In this document: piece by piece, positions 27,301 through 38,800 of the stretch
How the letters are laid out: the number at the start of each line of letters is the position of its first letter
Position numbering within the stretch: position 1 is the first letter of the stretch
NCBI GenBank assembly: GCA_965637545.1
Contig: OZ281500.1
Coordinates: forward strand, 20,584,001 to 20,648,000
Reading direction: 5' to 3'
Length of the DNA stretch: 64,000 nt
DNA from: Phallusia mammillata
Lineage: Eukaryota
Program-made: the position numbers and the translations under genes
Notes under the pieces: model-generated
The model's database searches: none
Told to the model about the DNA's origin: nothing
Seen by the model: the letters and a program-made list of their open reading frames with translations, nothing else

Positions 27301-29279
27301 AAGCCCTCACATTACAAATTTCCCGGCCTTAAATTCGATAAATTTGCATGTCAACAACATAATTATGTCGCAATGGTTTGTGGCTACATTCAAAAAGTAC
27401 AGATACACAAAACAGGTGATACATGAAAAAGGGTTAATACACTATACGGCACACTGCAAATGGTTGTGGGCTTGTGGCACTTTTCAACAAGCAAAGCTTA
27501 CCTGTGAATCCTTATCGTTTCTTGACTGCATTAATTGACGTTGGAGTGACTTTATCACGTCTTCTTTTTCGTTCAGCTTTGCTTGAAGCTTACGCACTTG
27601 GCTCTGGTGAAACAACAACAGTAAATCAGTCTACGCCTTGTAAAGCTGCGGTTTGTTTATCGAGGCCTTACTTTCAGGGTTTCTACCAAGTTGTCCTCCA
27701 CGTTGGAGCTTCCTTTCGGTCTCATTGCCATTTCGTATCGGTCTGTAGCTTCCTTAGCCTGCTTGGCCAATCTGTTGACAAGATAGGTAAAGTGCTGCTG
27801 TTAACCTACCACGAAATTGTCTTTGTGAACTATGCCTATCAACCAACGCGTGACCGCTCAAGCGTGGCGCAGACAGCGACGTCAGACACGAAAATAACTG
27901 CCTTCGTGGAATACTCTTGCGCCATGCTAACAACATCGTGGTTTCGTATAGCTTAGTCAAACATTTTAATTCCCAAGGAACCCATGGTACATCATGCTAA
28001 GTAGTTTGTTCTTTTCATTGCACAACAACACATCTTTTTCCCCTTTTGTTTATCGTGCATTGTTCTACGCGCATTTAATGTTACTTACCCTGATGAAAGC
28101 AACCGGTACGTCGAAACGTCGAAATAAAAATACATTTGCCAGAAGAGCTCTATAAACCTAACAACACATTACATATAGATCTACATACTCAGCTATCTTG
28201 ATGTCCTTTTGTTCAGCCTCCAATTGCAGTCTTTCGACAACTTTGGTCATTTGATTGCGCCAATCTTGGACGTGCCTCTCTTTTGCAGACATGGTCTCTG
28301 ACGGTCTTTTACTATCTGTAATAATATCAGGTTAAAAACCGACCCCTTTCTCATTTAAGACTTCCGCTAGCTTTATATGACAGCAATCAGGGAACGAAGG
28401 AAGTCTAATTCATCATTGAATCAATTTTATGGCCACACGTTTCCGAGTTGCTGCTATGAATACACACGACTCGTCCAGCCTTCTTTGCAGTTTCACCACA
28501 TTAGAAATCTCGTCACCAAGTAAACAAGACGTGAATAAATAACTGCCGCAATTTTTACAGCGAACCGGTTGTTATACATGCCTCCACACTATCAAACGCT
28601 TACAGAGGGAAAACTGGTCCCTGTCAGCCGGAATACACCAATAATGGCATGTTTTGGGGCTAATGATTATGTTTGAGAAAAACTAATCAGGCCATTGCCG
28701 CCAGCCTAAACAATAATTCACCATAATTTTCAGACAACTTCATACTGGGATCAAGTCTAAAGCGAAAATGCAAACCAGCGAATACTGTACATTAACATTT
28801 AAAATCGTAGTACGACAGCGTTATTCCGTTTTAACCATAGCATTGATAAGCATGCTACACTGTGGTTTAGCTTCTAATGCTTGGAAAACAAGTTTGTGAC
28901 ATCAATTCAACACTGTTTTCAACTTCGTACCATTCACCTTTCACATTACTATTGTTGCAATTTCACATTAGTGCGTCACAAAACTACCACCATTACGTTA
29001 CAAAGGGTTATCAGTAGATAATCGCGATTTGAGTACAAGCGCGCGTCGTTTCTTACCTGATTCCGGTTGGTTGTGATTCTTTTCGTCTTGTGCTTTTAGA
29101 GCACGATTTCCCATACCGGGACGTTCATTGATGTCTATCTCCGAATGTTTCGTTGTTATTCGCGACTGACCGTTCTTTTTGCTTGTTCCTTTCGTTTTTG
29201 ACGTCTTTACGACTTCACTATGTTGCACGCCTCGCACCGAAACCTTTCCTCGCTTCTGCGTAGATCCGGCGATACCCAT
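21365..29279 (-). CDS. PRKG: cGMP-dependent protein kinase (PKG), ~917 aa, 17 coding exons
   Basis: Exons (minus strand) 29279-29057, 28315-28189, 27771-27672, 27603-27502, 27136-26900, 26494-26294, 26221-26057, 25988-25767, 25692-25635, 25462-25332, 25258-25138, 24487-24372, 23876-23683, 23247-23041, 22980-22865, 22367-22204, 21634-21365 (TAA); 2754 nt, phase-consistent. Features: coiled coil, RFGISAE autoinhibitory motif, two CNB domains ([16 protein letters not shown]; [16 protein letters not shown]), [29 protein letters not shown], and AGC tail DTKNFE...GWDETF. Confidence 0.95.
22431..22692. mobile_element. Degenerate MITE copy (GGAGGAATT family) in a PKG intron
   Basis: Aligns by eye with 24843-25072 (TGTGGTTTGTAAATAGA...AATATGACCTG.GAAGTT.ATA...TGTAGTCTATTGGG.GGAAT). 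Boundaries are approximate. Confidence 0.7.
24843..25072. mobile_element. Degenerate MITE copy (GGAGGAATT family) in a PKG intron
   Basis: Starts with TTCCCAACC, ends with GGAACCACTG; internal similarity to 22431-22692. Confidence 0.7.
26584..26800. mobile_element. hAT-type MITE in PKG intron 5
   Basis: TIR CAGTGGTTCTTAACCT / AGGTTAAGAACCCCTG; perfect 8-bp TSD GTCTAATC (26576-26583 and 26801-26808); internal ~31-bp tandem duplication GCACCCC(C)TTTCAAATCAC.AACCAATTTTC. Confidence 0.9.
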
Positions 29280-30371
29280 TGTCCGGCCGCGGCACGAAAA
29301 AATTACTCAACAATTAACGGTCAATTCAACGTGGCTTGTTCAATATTTGCCGAGCAAACCAAACTGCTAAATTTCATCGATCAGGACTTCAGCATTTCTC
29401 CGCGACAGCACAAAATCAGGCGGCGACTTTTATCAACTATTGCCTATTCTCCTTTGTGTGTTTCTGTGCAATCACACCAGGCTTGCCTAAAAGGTGAATA
29501 AAAGTCAAGCTCACACTCGTTATCTGCACAGTGAATACTAAAGAGAGTCTTTTTGTTGGTTATAAAGCCAGCGTTGAAGGGCCTGACACTTCAATTTGCC
29601 ACCAAACCATTGTCAAGTGCGTCAATGGTCGCATCTCACTATGCGCTGTCCGATAGTATGTAGAATCTGCTGCTTTAAAGTTCGTCTACTCACAATCTAC
29701 CAAGTGGTCGCGACAGAGGCATTAGCAAAATGCTACAAACTTGGGAGGCATTCAACTTTGCGGTCGGTTTAAACCCAAAGCAGGGTTTGTAACCCTGTCT
29801 GATTTATTTGATATTGTAAAGTTATTGTCCCGTGGCAGCCTAGCTGATATCCGCTAAGTCGTGGTTGTACACACCGACACGTCGAAACGACTTTTGTGTA
29901 TTGTTGACATTCGGAATCGTGACAAACGGGCTACGGCGCGAACGACGGTCTCACCATTGACTGTGACTAAGTCGAAACATCAAACGTCAGAACGCACAAT
30001 GCGATGCTCTCTCGAGGAATTACAACTAAATTTTAAAACTATTTTTAAATTTGCCCCGAGAAACGCATCTGCCTCTGCCACAAGACTTGACACCAACTGA
30101 AGTCTGTTAAAAATCTTGCATACATGTCCCATCATCTCAGAATTAAACTGCTCCACTTTGGGATATATATGATGTTCGTGTCCGAACAATGACTGTACAC
30201 AAAAATTCCCGTCAACCGAAATGACAACATCGGAGCACTTCCCCGTTGTTGGAACAACCCGTCCCGAGTACATAACGGACCTAACCGCGTTCGTGTGTTT
30301 TCGTCCCGACAACGCCTTGACAGCAAACGTATTACACCTGCATCACGCCTAACCCGTGATTGGTGAAAGCC

Positions 30372-30385
30372 GTTGCTATGGCGAC
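30372..30385. promoter_or_regulatory. Candidate RFX X-box about 1.1 kb upstream of the PKG start codon
   Basis: GTTGCTATGGCGAC closely matches the palindromic X-box consensus GTTRCCATGGYAAC. Motif match only. Confidence 0.35.
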
Positions 30386-32814
30386 CGTGGCAAGCGTTCG
30401 TATGCAGACAGCTGAGACAGGCATTTTTGGCACGTGTCGAAAAACATTTTTGAGAAGTCGGAGTCTGTTTTTGGAAAATCTATTGTTAGGATTGATTCCG
30501 GCTTGCACACTTGCTTTTGTTCACGTGTTTACTTTTCAAAACAGAAAGAGTGACAAGCGCACACCTGCCCACGGAGTTTTACTAAAATATGTGCTGAAAA
30601 TTATTTTGCGTTATTTGTCTTGTCCTGATTTTCACAAATTTAACCGGTGTATAAAATAATTAAATTTTAATAGTTATTACTCAAACATATATTTACTCAC
30701 AATTAAAAAAATCATTTTCAAATATTTTACGTGTTAAAATTTTAGGTTTACGAATATTAGATCCGGCGGGCGAAATGTTTTGCGTGCTCTCCAAAACTGA
30801 ACCCTAGTTACTTTCCTCATTGTTACTTACTAATGCGCTACCATTATTGGCATGTTCCAAACCTAACGAAGTCCGCTTTCCACTGTAAACTCTGTTACCA
30901 TGACTTTACCTACCCTCGTTTTTATAGTGTTCAAACTTTACGTACCGGTCGTTTACCAAATTTATGCACTCAGTACTCGATCTTGCGTTCCCAACTGCGT
31001 AACACGCCTGCCACTGCTTTCGCTTTGACACGAGCCGAACTCGTTTCCCCGCGGCGCAACATCAGTTAAAGTCTGTTTACAGCGACGTCACTCGGCATGA
31101 TCTGTAGTTAGCCCATCGATAACATGGACAGACTCTCGGGCCACCGGTTGACCACTACACAACAACCAACTACGAAATATTGCCGGATGCCTAAAGGTGA
31201 GGCCTGGGTAAACAAGAGCACTTAACTGGTGACTATTGATTTTGTATCGCGGGCGCGGTGATTGGAAAAGGGTGCGTAGCGTACGCTAAGTAACCTAAAG
31301 TGGATTGTAGGACGATTAAACGAGTTAAGCCTAACACCTCTTACCCTCCCACCATCCATGTAATGGCCAATACCCACTGTTTTATCTGCCACCGTGTCAA
31401 CCTTATCGGAGACTTTGGTTTTTTAACGATTTCTCTTGTACGCGTCGAATGTTGAATTAGAACGATTTTATCTTTAACTTTTATTCAGTAAAATTGTATT
31501 GTTTTATTATCATTGCGTTGCATTACACAACAATTGTTATTTATTTATTTTTGCTTCTAACAATAGAATGTATGAAAGATCCAAATACAGTTGATACTTG
31601 GTGTGAGATTCGAAAAATTACCAGACATTTGTCAATTTTACAATTGAGTCCAGAACCATGCCATTAACATAAAACGAAATTACCATGGCAACCAACGATG
31701 CCTAAATAACTGCTTAAGGCCCACATGGTTTCTCGCATTTTAGTTACAAGCTTAAAGTTATAAAAGTAATTAAATAATTCAAACGCGTGCAATAAGGATT
31801 TTGTCAAAATACAACGTGCTTGGTATACTAAGTTATGTAACTGACAATATTTTATGACAAAACTACAAATGTTTCACATACAAAAAGGGATTGAAACTGG
31901 ATAATCTCGATCGCTATAACTGACCAAAACGGTTACAATTTCGACCTAGCTTTACTGTTTTATTCACTTATATTCAATTGCCACCATGCAGTGTTTGAGT
32001 TTAAAATCATCACTATTGCATCTGCACTAAGTTTGAACCTTCTACGAACACCTGACCCAACATTTCTACTCGTACTGGCCTGCCATTGCATGTAAGTGGC
32101 TTCTTTACCCACAAAAACTGTGTGTATAAGAACACCAAATCAAGAGATTCAGTAAATCCCTCGAGCGTTAATTAGCATTTGCTTACAAGGAATTTGTGCG
32201 CGTTGAAATCCGTCGGTTAACGGGGCAATAACTTAAAATATTAGGTGGACACTGATGGGTGAATGTCTCAAATAAAAAAGTTTTTTTGTGGCAAGTGCAT
32301 TTTAGTAAGATATTTGTAATAATCCTCGGCAGAGCGAAATTAATATGATACCTTTATTAGGGGGTCTAATTTACATGTGAGTATATGCAGTAATTGCTGG
32401 GCTTAACGTAGTAGTGGATAAATGTGCATCTTAGTTTAAAAAAAACATTGAAACTTAGACTTGTTGCAATATGCATCGCATATAGGGTCATTGAACATAT
32501 ATATTAGAAAACCTTCAATGCTTTCAAACATGTACAGACTTTCAATCATGTACAACTTATTGTAACCTTCGATCATTTTTTCGTGATGTGTTTTTGTCAG
32601 TGAACAAAACATGTATGAATTTGAACACGAAAATCTCAAATAACGTTTCTTAAACATATGCTTTTATTTGCCTTCGACATTAGACTCAAACAAAATTGCA
32701 AACTATGTGAGTTTAAGCAGAATGCGGCTGTAGGCGACAATGTTGCATCAGTTCACTGCCAAAGCAATTTGCAAAGATATGGTACATAAAAGTTTAGGTA
32801 ATGCACTGCGATTT

Positions 32815-35800
32815 TCAAAACCCAAAATATCTAGGCCTTCTCGGACAAATTTGACACCAATTGAACAAGTTTTTCTGGACGTATTTTCCCCGCACTATTA
32901 CATTCCCTGGTTTGACGTGCATCACATCGCCGAAGACTTGCCGACAGGTAGAAGCTATTTTCATCTCCTTTCGGTTAAGAACATATGACCACACATTCAA
33001 AGTCGAGATGCCACCAATAAACTGTTGGCTGTAATAGAGTGTATAAGAACTTAAAAAAGAAAAAAGAAAAAATTAAGTCTTTGCAGTTTACAAATGAACT
33101 CCACATCTTACATAGACCAATTGTTTCTTTACATAAATTGTATCACAAACAAATTTACGAAATCTACGCATAAAACACATACTAACTGGCGTTTAGTTTA
33201 AGCTGCAATGGTTTCGCAAACGATGTTATTGAGAATTTGTCACCGGCATAAAAATCCTTAGGAAGAATGGATTTCTTTGTCCTAAATAATCTTAATTGGT
33301 GCAAACTTAATATTGCTGATTTTTATGCACGTTAAACAGGACAATGCAAATTGATCTAAAATAGTTAAATTAATGTTCACACCGCCGATCTAACACCGAA
33401 GTAAATTAACGATACATAATAACGCTTCCTTATTTCGCCAATGTCCGCTTTTTACTTACAAGTATTCGAAGCATCCTGGAACACAATCTTGCTCTGCGCC
33501 AAGCATGAGTGACCCTCCGCCTCTGATCACATGTTTATGGGCATGTTTGTGTCTTGAGCGCTGTATTGGTCTACCATCCAAGTAAACGATCGATTCACCA
33601 GTAGCTCCCTCCCAGCTTACACACACAAAACACCACCGACCTTGGGGAAACATTGGTCTTCCTCCTACACACAAGATCATGTTTGGCAATGAGTTTGTAA
33701 GCAGGCTTTGTTTTATTCATTTGTGCAGGTATCTTGAAATCCAAAGCACATTGAAAATAATTTACTTCTACATAATTAAATACTTAAAGTCAGCCAGTGC
33801 AATTGGATACCAGAGTCTTACCCGAAAACTTATCGTCATTAATTCTGTAATGAAAGCCCTCCAGTGGATGTAAATAAAATAAAATTTCGTTGTCTTCTTC
33901 GGGAACTGCATAGCTGAATATTGCAGAATGTTGGTATCTGTGATGAATTAAATAAAGACTAAATTTATTAAAAATAAAAATGTTAAATCAAAAGACATAG
34001 ATTATTGCATTGAAAAAGAAGGGTTTTTTATCGATTGAGAAAAAAAACTAACATTTTTTTAGGAAAACCGATTAATAAAAAATACACGCTGTTTGCAAAT
34101 TAGGCATGTTTTTGTTTTAAGTTTGAAAACACCGTACCGTAGTTCGCTACGAATCCAAACACAGATTGTCATTGCTCTTAAGCTTGGCATAGGAAGATTC
34201 ACTTTTGCCCAGTTCCGGTCGCTTCGATATCGAGGCATTTCAACAATATAAGCATCCGAGTAGCATCCTAAAATACGCTTTTGCATTACTTCGTAACCAC
34301 GAAGGATGTTAAAGAATGCATACCTCGTTCGTATCGAAATGGGGGCCTGACCCATTTTGTAGTAGCTTCTTCGGTAGTAGTTTGTGTTGTAGTTGTTGGT
34401 GTAGTCGTAGTTTGTGTTGTAGTTGTTGATGTAGTCGTAGTTTGTGTTGTAGTTGTTGATGTAGTTGTTGGTGTAGTAGTAGTTTGTGTTGTAGTTGTTG
34501 GTGTAGTAGTAGTAGTTTGTGTTGTAGTTGTTGGTGTAGTAGTAGTTTGTGTTGTAGTTGTTGGTGTAGTTGTTGGTGTAGTAGTAGTTTGTGTTGTAGT
34601 TGTTGGCGTAGTAGTAGTTTGTGTTGTAGTTGTTGGTGTAGTAGTAGTTTGTGTTGTAGTTGTTGGCGTAGTTGTTGGTGTAGTAGTAGTTTGTGTTGTA
34701 GTTGTTGGCGTAGTAGTAGTTTGTGTTGTAGTTGTTGGCGTAGTAGTAGTTTGTGTTGTAGTTGTTGGTGTAGTTGTTGGTGTAGTAGTAGTTGGTGTAG
34801 TAGTAGTTTGTGTTGTAGTTGTTGGCGTAGTTGTTGGTGTAGTAGTAGTTTGTGTTGTAGTTGTTGGCGTAGTAGTAGTTTGTGTTGTAGTTGTTGGTGT
34901 AGTAGTAGTTTGTGTTGTAGTTGTTGGCGTAGTTGTTGGTGTAGTAGTAGTTTGTGTTGTAGTTGTTGGCGTAGTAGTAGTTTGTGTTGTAGTTGTTGGC
35001 GTAGTAGTAGTTTGTGTTGTAGTTGTTGGTGTAGTAGTAGTTTGTGTTGTAGTTGTTGGTGTAGTTGTTGGTGTAGTAGTAGTTTGTGTTGTAGTTGTTG
35101 GCGTAGTAGTAGTTTGTTTAGTCGTTGTTGTTGTAACTCTTGTCGTTGTAGTTATTTCCGCTGCGGAGGTGGTCGGTGGTGCCGTTGGAAGTACGTCTAA
35201 AAGCAAAACAACATGAATTGCAACGTACATACACATAGAAAGGGTTTCTACAAACCTCTCGGGGGTGTTGCTGTTTCAATCTTTTCAGGTGCTCTGATAA
35301 GTTGATTACCTGTTGGTGACAACCAATCCTTGTTTAGGTGTTATAAAGAAGTGACTTAAGCTTTCAGTTTCTTTTAACACTTAGAAATAAAAATGATTTT
35401 TGATGTGAAGCGAGACGTTTACATTTCAATCATTTTTATGTGTTTTGCTTTAGTTTAAACAGGCAATGTTTCAAACTACGTGTTAGAAAGTTGACTTCCT
35501 CAACAAATACCTGGTTGTTGGGTAAGAGTGACATCTACCGGATAAGTTGATTTTGAAACAAGCGTCATAAATAGCGTCAAAGCTGGTCTTCCACTAATCG
35601 ACGATATGACTGCCTCTGCGGTTTGATTTCGAACTGGCCAACCAGCTTGGAGATCAAAGGGATTGAAAAATACTTCTGCCATATCGTTGGTGATATTAAG
35701 AAGGAAATCGTGCAGCGCCTGCGTGTTGTAAAAAATAATAATGGCCATGTAGATTACTTATTATCAATTTATACAAACCTCGTTTGGATCTGTAATCCAG

Positions 35801-38800
35801 GTAGATCCTAACATTAACATGGACCCGTCCTCAGTCTCTAGACGTAGGGTTATGCCTATATCAGTAACCTCGATTTTTAAATGCTTTTCTTCTCCGGGAA
35901 GAAACACGCCTGCATTGTTAAAGTAGTTGTTAGTTTTTACTGTATTAGGCGCCTTAATTGCTGGAGTCAAAGCACAAACCTTTAACTTGAGTTTGATCCA
36001 GTGGCCAAACCGCAGCCTCTGTACACGTTCTGCTCTGGAGCACCGATTGCACAAACTTTAGCGCTCTGAAATAGAAAGAGGTTTAACAAAGAGAATACAA
36101 AACTCGCACTTCAGTGAAACATCAATAATGTCTTACCTGAAGTTTGCAATTTCAAAAACGTGAGTTGATTCCAAACCACTAGCGATCGTGACCAACTCAT
36201 TCCTGTTTACAACCTCAGTTACACCAACAGCAAATACGTTGATACCGGATAAGTGTGCCCTCCTTGAAGCCGCTAAAGAAGATGACATCGTTTAATTTAC
36301 ACCGAAAACTTAGGTAAAAGGCAACGTTGTGAGGAAAATCTCTCTTTTTGTTCATTACTGTAACATGGTACCCTATTTTTGTGTTCGGACTATTTTTCGT
36401 GTACCCTATTATTCGTGTTAATTGTCATCTTAAGATGTTATTGACAAATATGGACTAACCAAACACGTTGTCGTGACTTTGACCATCAGTAACTACGATC
36501 AGAATACGTGGTACAAGCTCAGAAAGTCTCCTCGCTCCTCGCCTTGTCACAAACATGCGGGTAAACACATAGTTGATCGCAAATCCCGTTCTTGTGGTAC
36601 CTCCTTTGTACTTTACCCTGAACAAGTAAAAAAGTATTGTATCAAACTGGTCTGGAAGTAAAATACCACAAACGTGTATCAGTTAAGTTGTTGATTCACT
36701 TAAATTGGACTAGGTTATATAATGTTTGTCACTGTAAAGGTTATGAAGCCTCTTCTTTTTTGCAGAAAGTGGAATGTTTGTAGCGTGTTTTAAAACTGAC
36801 ATGGAGATGTAGTAAGGTTCAAGTGATTTGTCGGAAATTACAATAGCGCTTCATTGCAGGTATAGGGTTTGTAGATATAAACAATATGAATGTTCATTTT
36901 TTGGCCCAGGAATTTTCAAATGGAGTTTCATTTATTTTGGGTTGACAGATTGCCAATCTCTATCATTGTGATCAAAGAACAGTTATTGCCAAATTGATGC
37001 GACTATTTTTAAATGCGGTAGCCTCAAGCGAAGAGAGTTCTATGCCGCTATCTCAAATGCTAGATGTTTTAGATTACGACCTGTATGCCTGTATTACGAA
37101 AAAGATTCACCAAAGACTTGGCATAACAATCCATATTTAGTCCTGTTTTCTATTGTGGAGGTATTATGGTTGCACAAACAGCTTGACATTTGATGGTTAG
37201 TTGTACCTGCGAATAGCATTGAGGAGGGCCGGCTTATTAAGATGTTGACGAAGATAAAACTCGACTCTTGCGGTTCCCGAATACTGCGCCATGCCCACGC
37301 GGGCTCCATTCGTATGAACCTGTGTGAAACAAAGATAGCTGACGTCAATACACGTGATAAAACAAAGTAAATGCGTAGGGCAGATTGTTCATTGCATATT
37401 TGCTGCTCTTGCTTCCCATTTGGTAGGTTAATTTTCATGAAGCAAATGTTTGGGTTTTCTCTTTTAGGTAAGGAATAATGTAAACCTAATAAAGAATGTA
37501 AAAAACTTAAACATTTAGGCTGGAAATTCTCATTTTATGCAGCTTTTAACTATTTCTATAGATTTGTAACCGTAATTTAGCATTGCAATGCCGTATTTTG
37601 TACACTTAAGTTAGTCAAGAGCGTTACATACCGTAAGCGGCTCTACAATTCCCTCCACAAAGTCCATAGCGCGTTTAAAGTCCCGCACACCCACACTTCC
37701 GCTTCCGTCCATCAGCAAAATAAGGTCTACTTTTCCAACCGCGCAAGCTGTGTATAAAAGCGTCACATCCTTGAAGTGATTATTGTTTAAAACGTCATTG
37801 TGCACAGGTGTGCTACTTGTTCAACACCACAAAGTTATGTTTGTTATTTTGTGGCTAAACTTCGTGCACCACAGTGGCTAAATAAAGCTTTAAGTATAGA
37901 AGTTGACATTTCGCAACATGGTAAATAATTTTACCTTGTCAGTTTTTGTAAAGCAACTGGGTTTTGCCGTGCTTCAACACAATGATAAAAGACGATAAGA
38001 GGCCATTAAATCAAACCAAATGTCGCCTCAGGTAAAAACAGCGGAAGCGTTTAGAAAGGTTGAAAAAACATACTTTCATTTTCACGTTGACGTTCGATGA
38101 CACGAACAAACGATGTATTTGAGGGGTCAATAGCTTGACCCAGTATGTTGATTTGACGGTCCTCGCTGTAAAAGTATTTGATCCAGATCACTGCTTGCTC
38201 ATTGATGTCTTTCGGCACCCCTTGGGGTAAGATTGATGTAAGAAACAATCGCGCTGCCAGTCCAGAATAGATGGGCTTGCGAAGGTCCACCCATTTCACA
38301 TTCCTCCAACGAATTCCGAAAACCCGTAGCACCCCTTGATGCTAAAATCAAAACGACATATAGTTATCAGAGTAGTAAACGGTCGTGCGAAAGAACCCAA
38401 GGTACAAGCCTCGGCCCGAACCCAATTTAAGCAAAGCCCAAAAGTTGGTGAAAATGCGGCAAAAATGATGCAGAGTGTGAAGTTAGGCCCGAATCAACAC
38501 CATTTTATTAAAACTAAACCCTCAACAAAATTAGGCCCAACTCTAACCTTAATGATTTATGATATGAACATAAGTTCAATAACAAACCTGTGGGTTGAGA
38601 TCTGGTGACTTCGTAGCATTAAATGTCTCTTCATCGACGCCCCATATACCACCATAAAAGTATGGATCTTGATAAGTCCCCGGCATTGTACCTAAAAAAT
38701 ACCATTGGAGCGTTAATGCACGTTTTCTAAATAGGCATATCTGCACGATTCTGATGCTTACAAATATACAGTGCAGCCATTTCCTCTTGAAGATGCCAGG

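Noticed and set aside
29980-30312. 110-aa minus-strand ORF upstream of PKG
   Set aside because: No recognisable motif and no phase-consistent link to neighbouring genes; may be UTR or promoter sequence.
34375-35130. Regular repeat array considered as CRISPR-like
   Set aside because: Tandem units without unique spacers, inside a eukaryotic coding exon.
34281-35216. Long Val-rich (34281-35216) and Cys/Ser-rich (34484-35200) ORFs on the + strand
   Set aside because: Antisense shadows of the Thr-rich coding repeat; the minus frame splices in phase into the mosaic gene.
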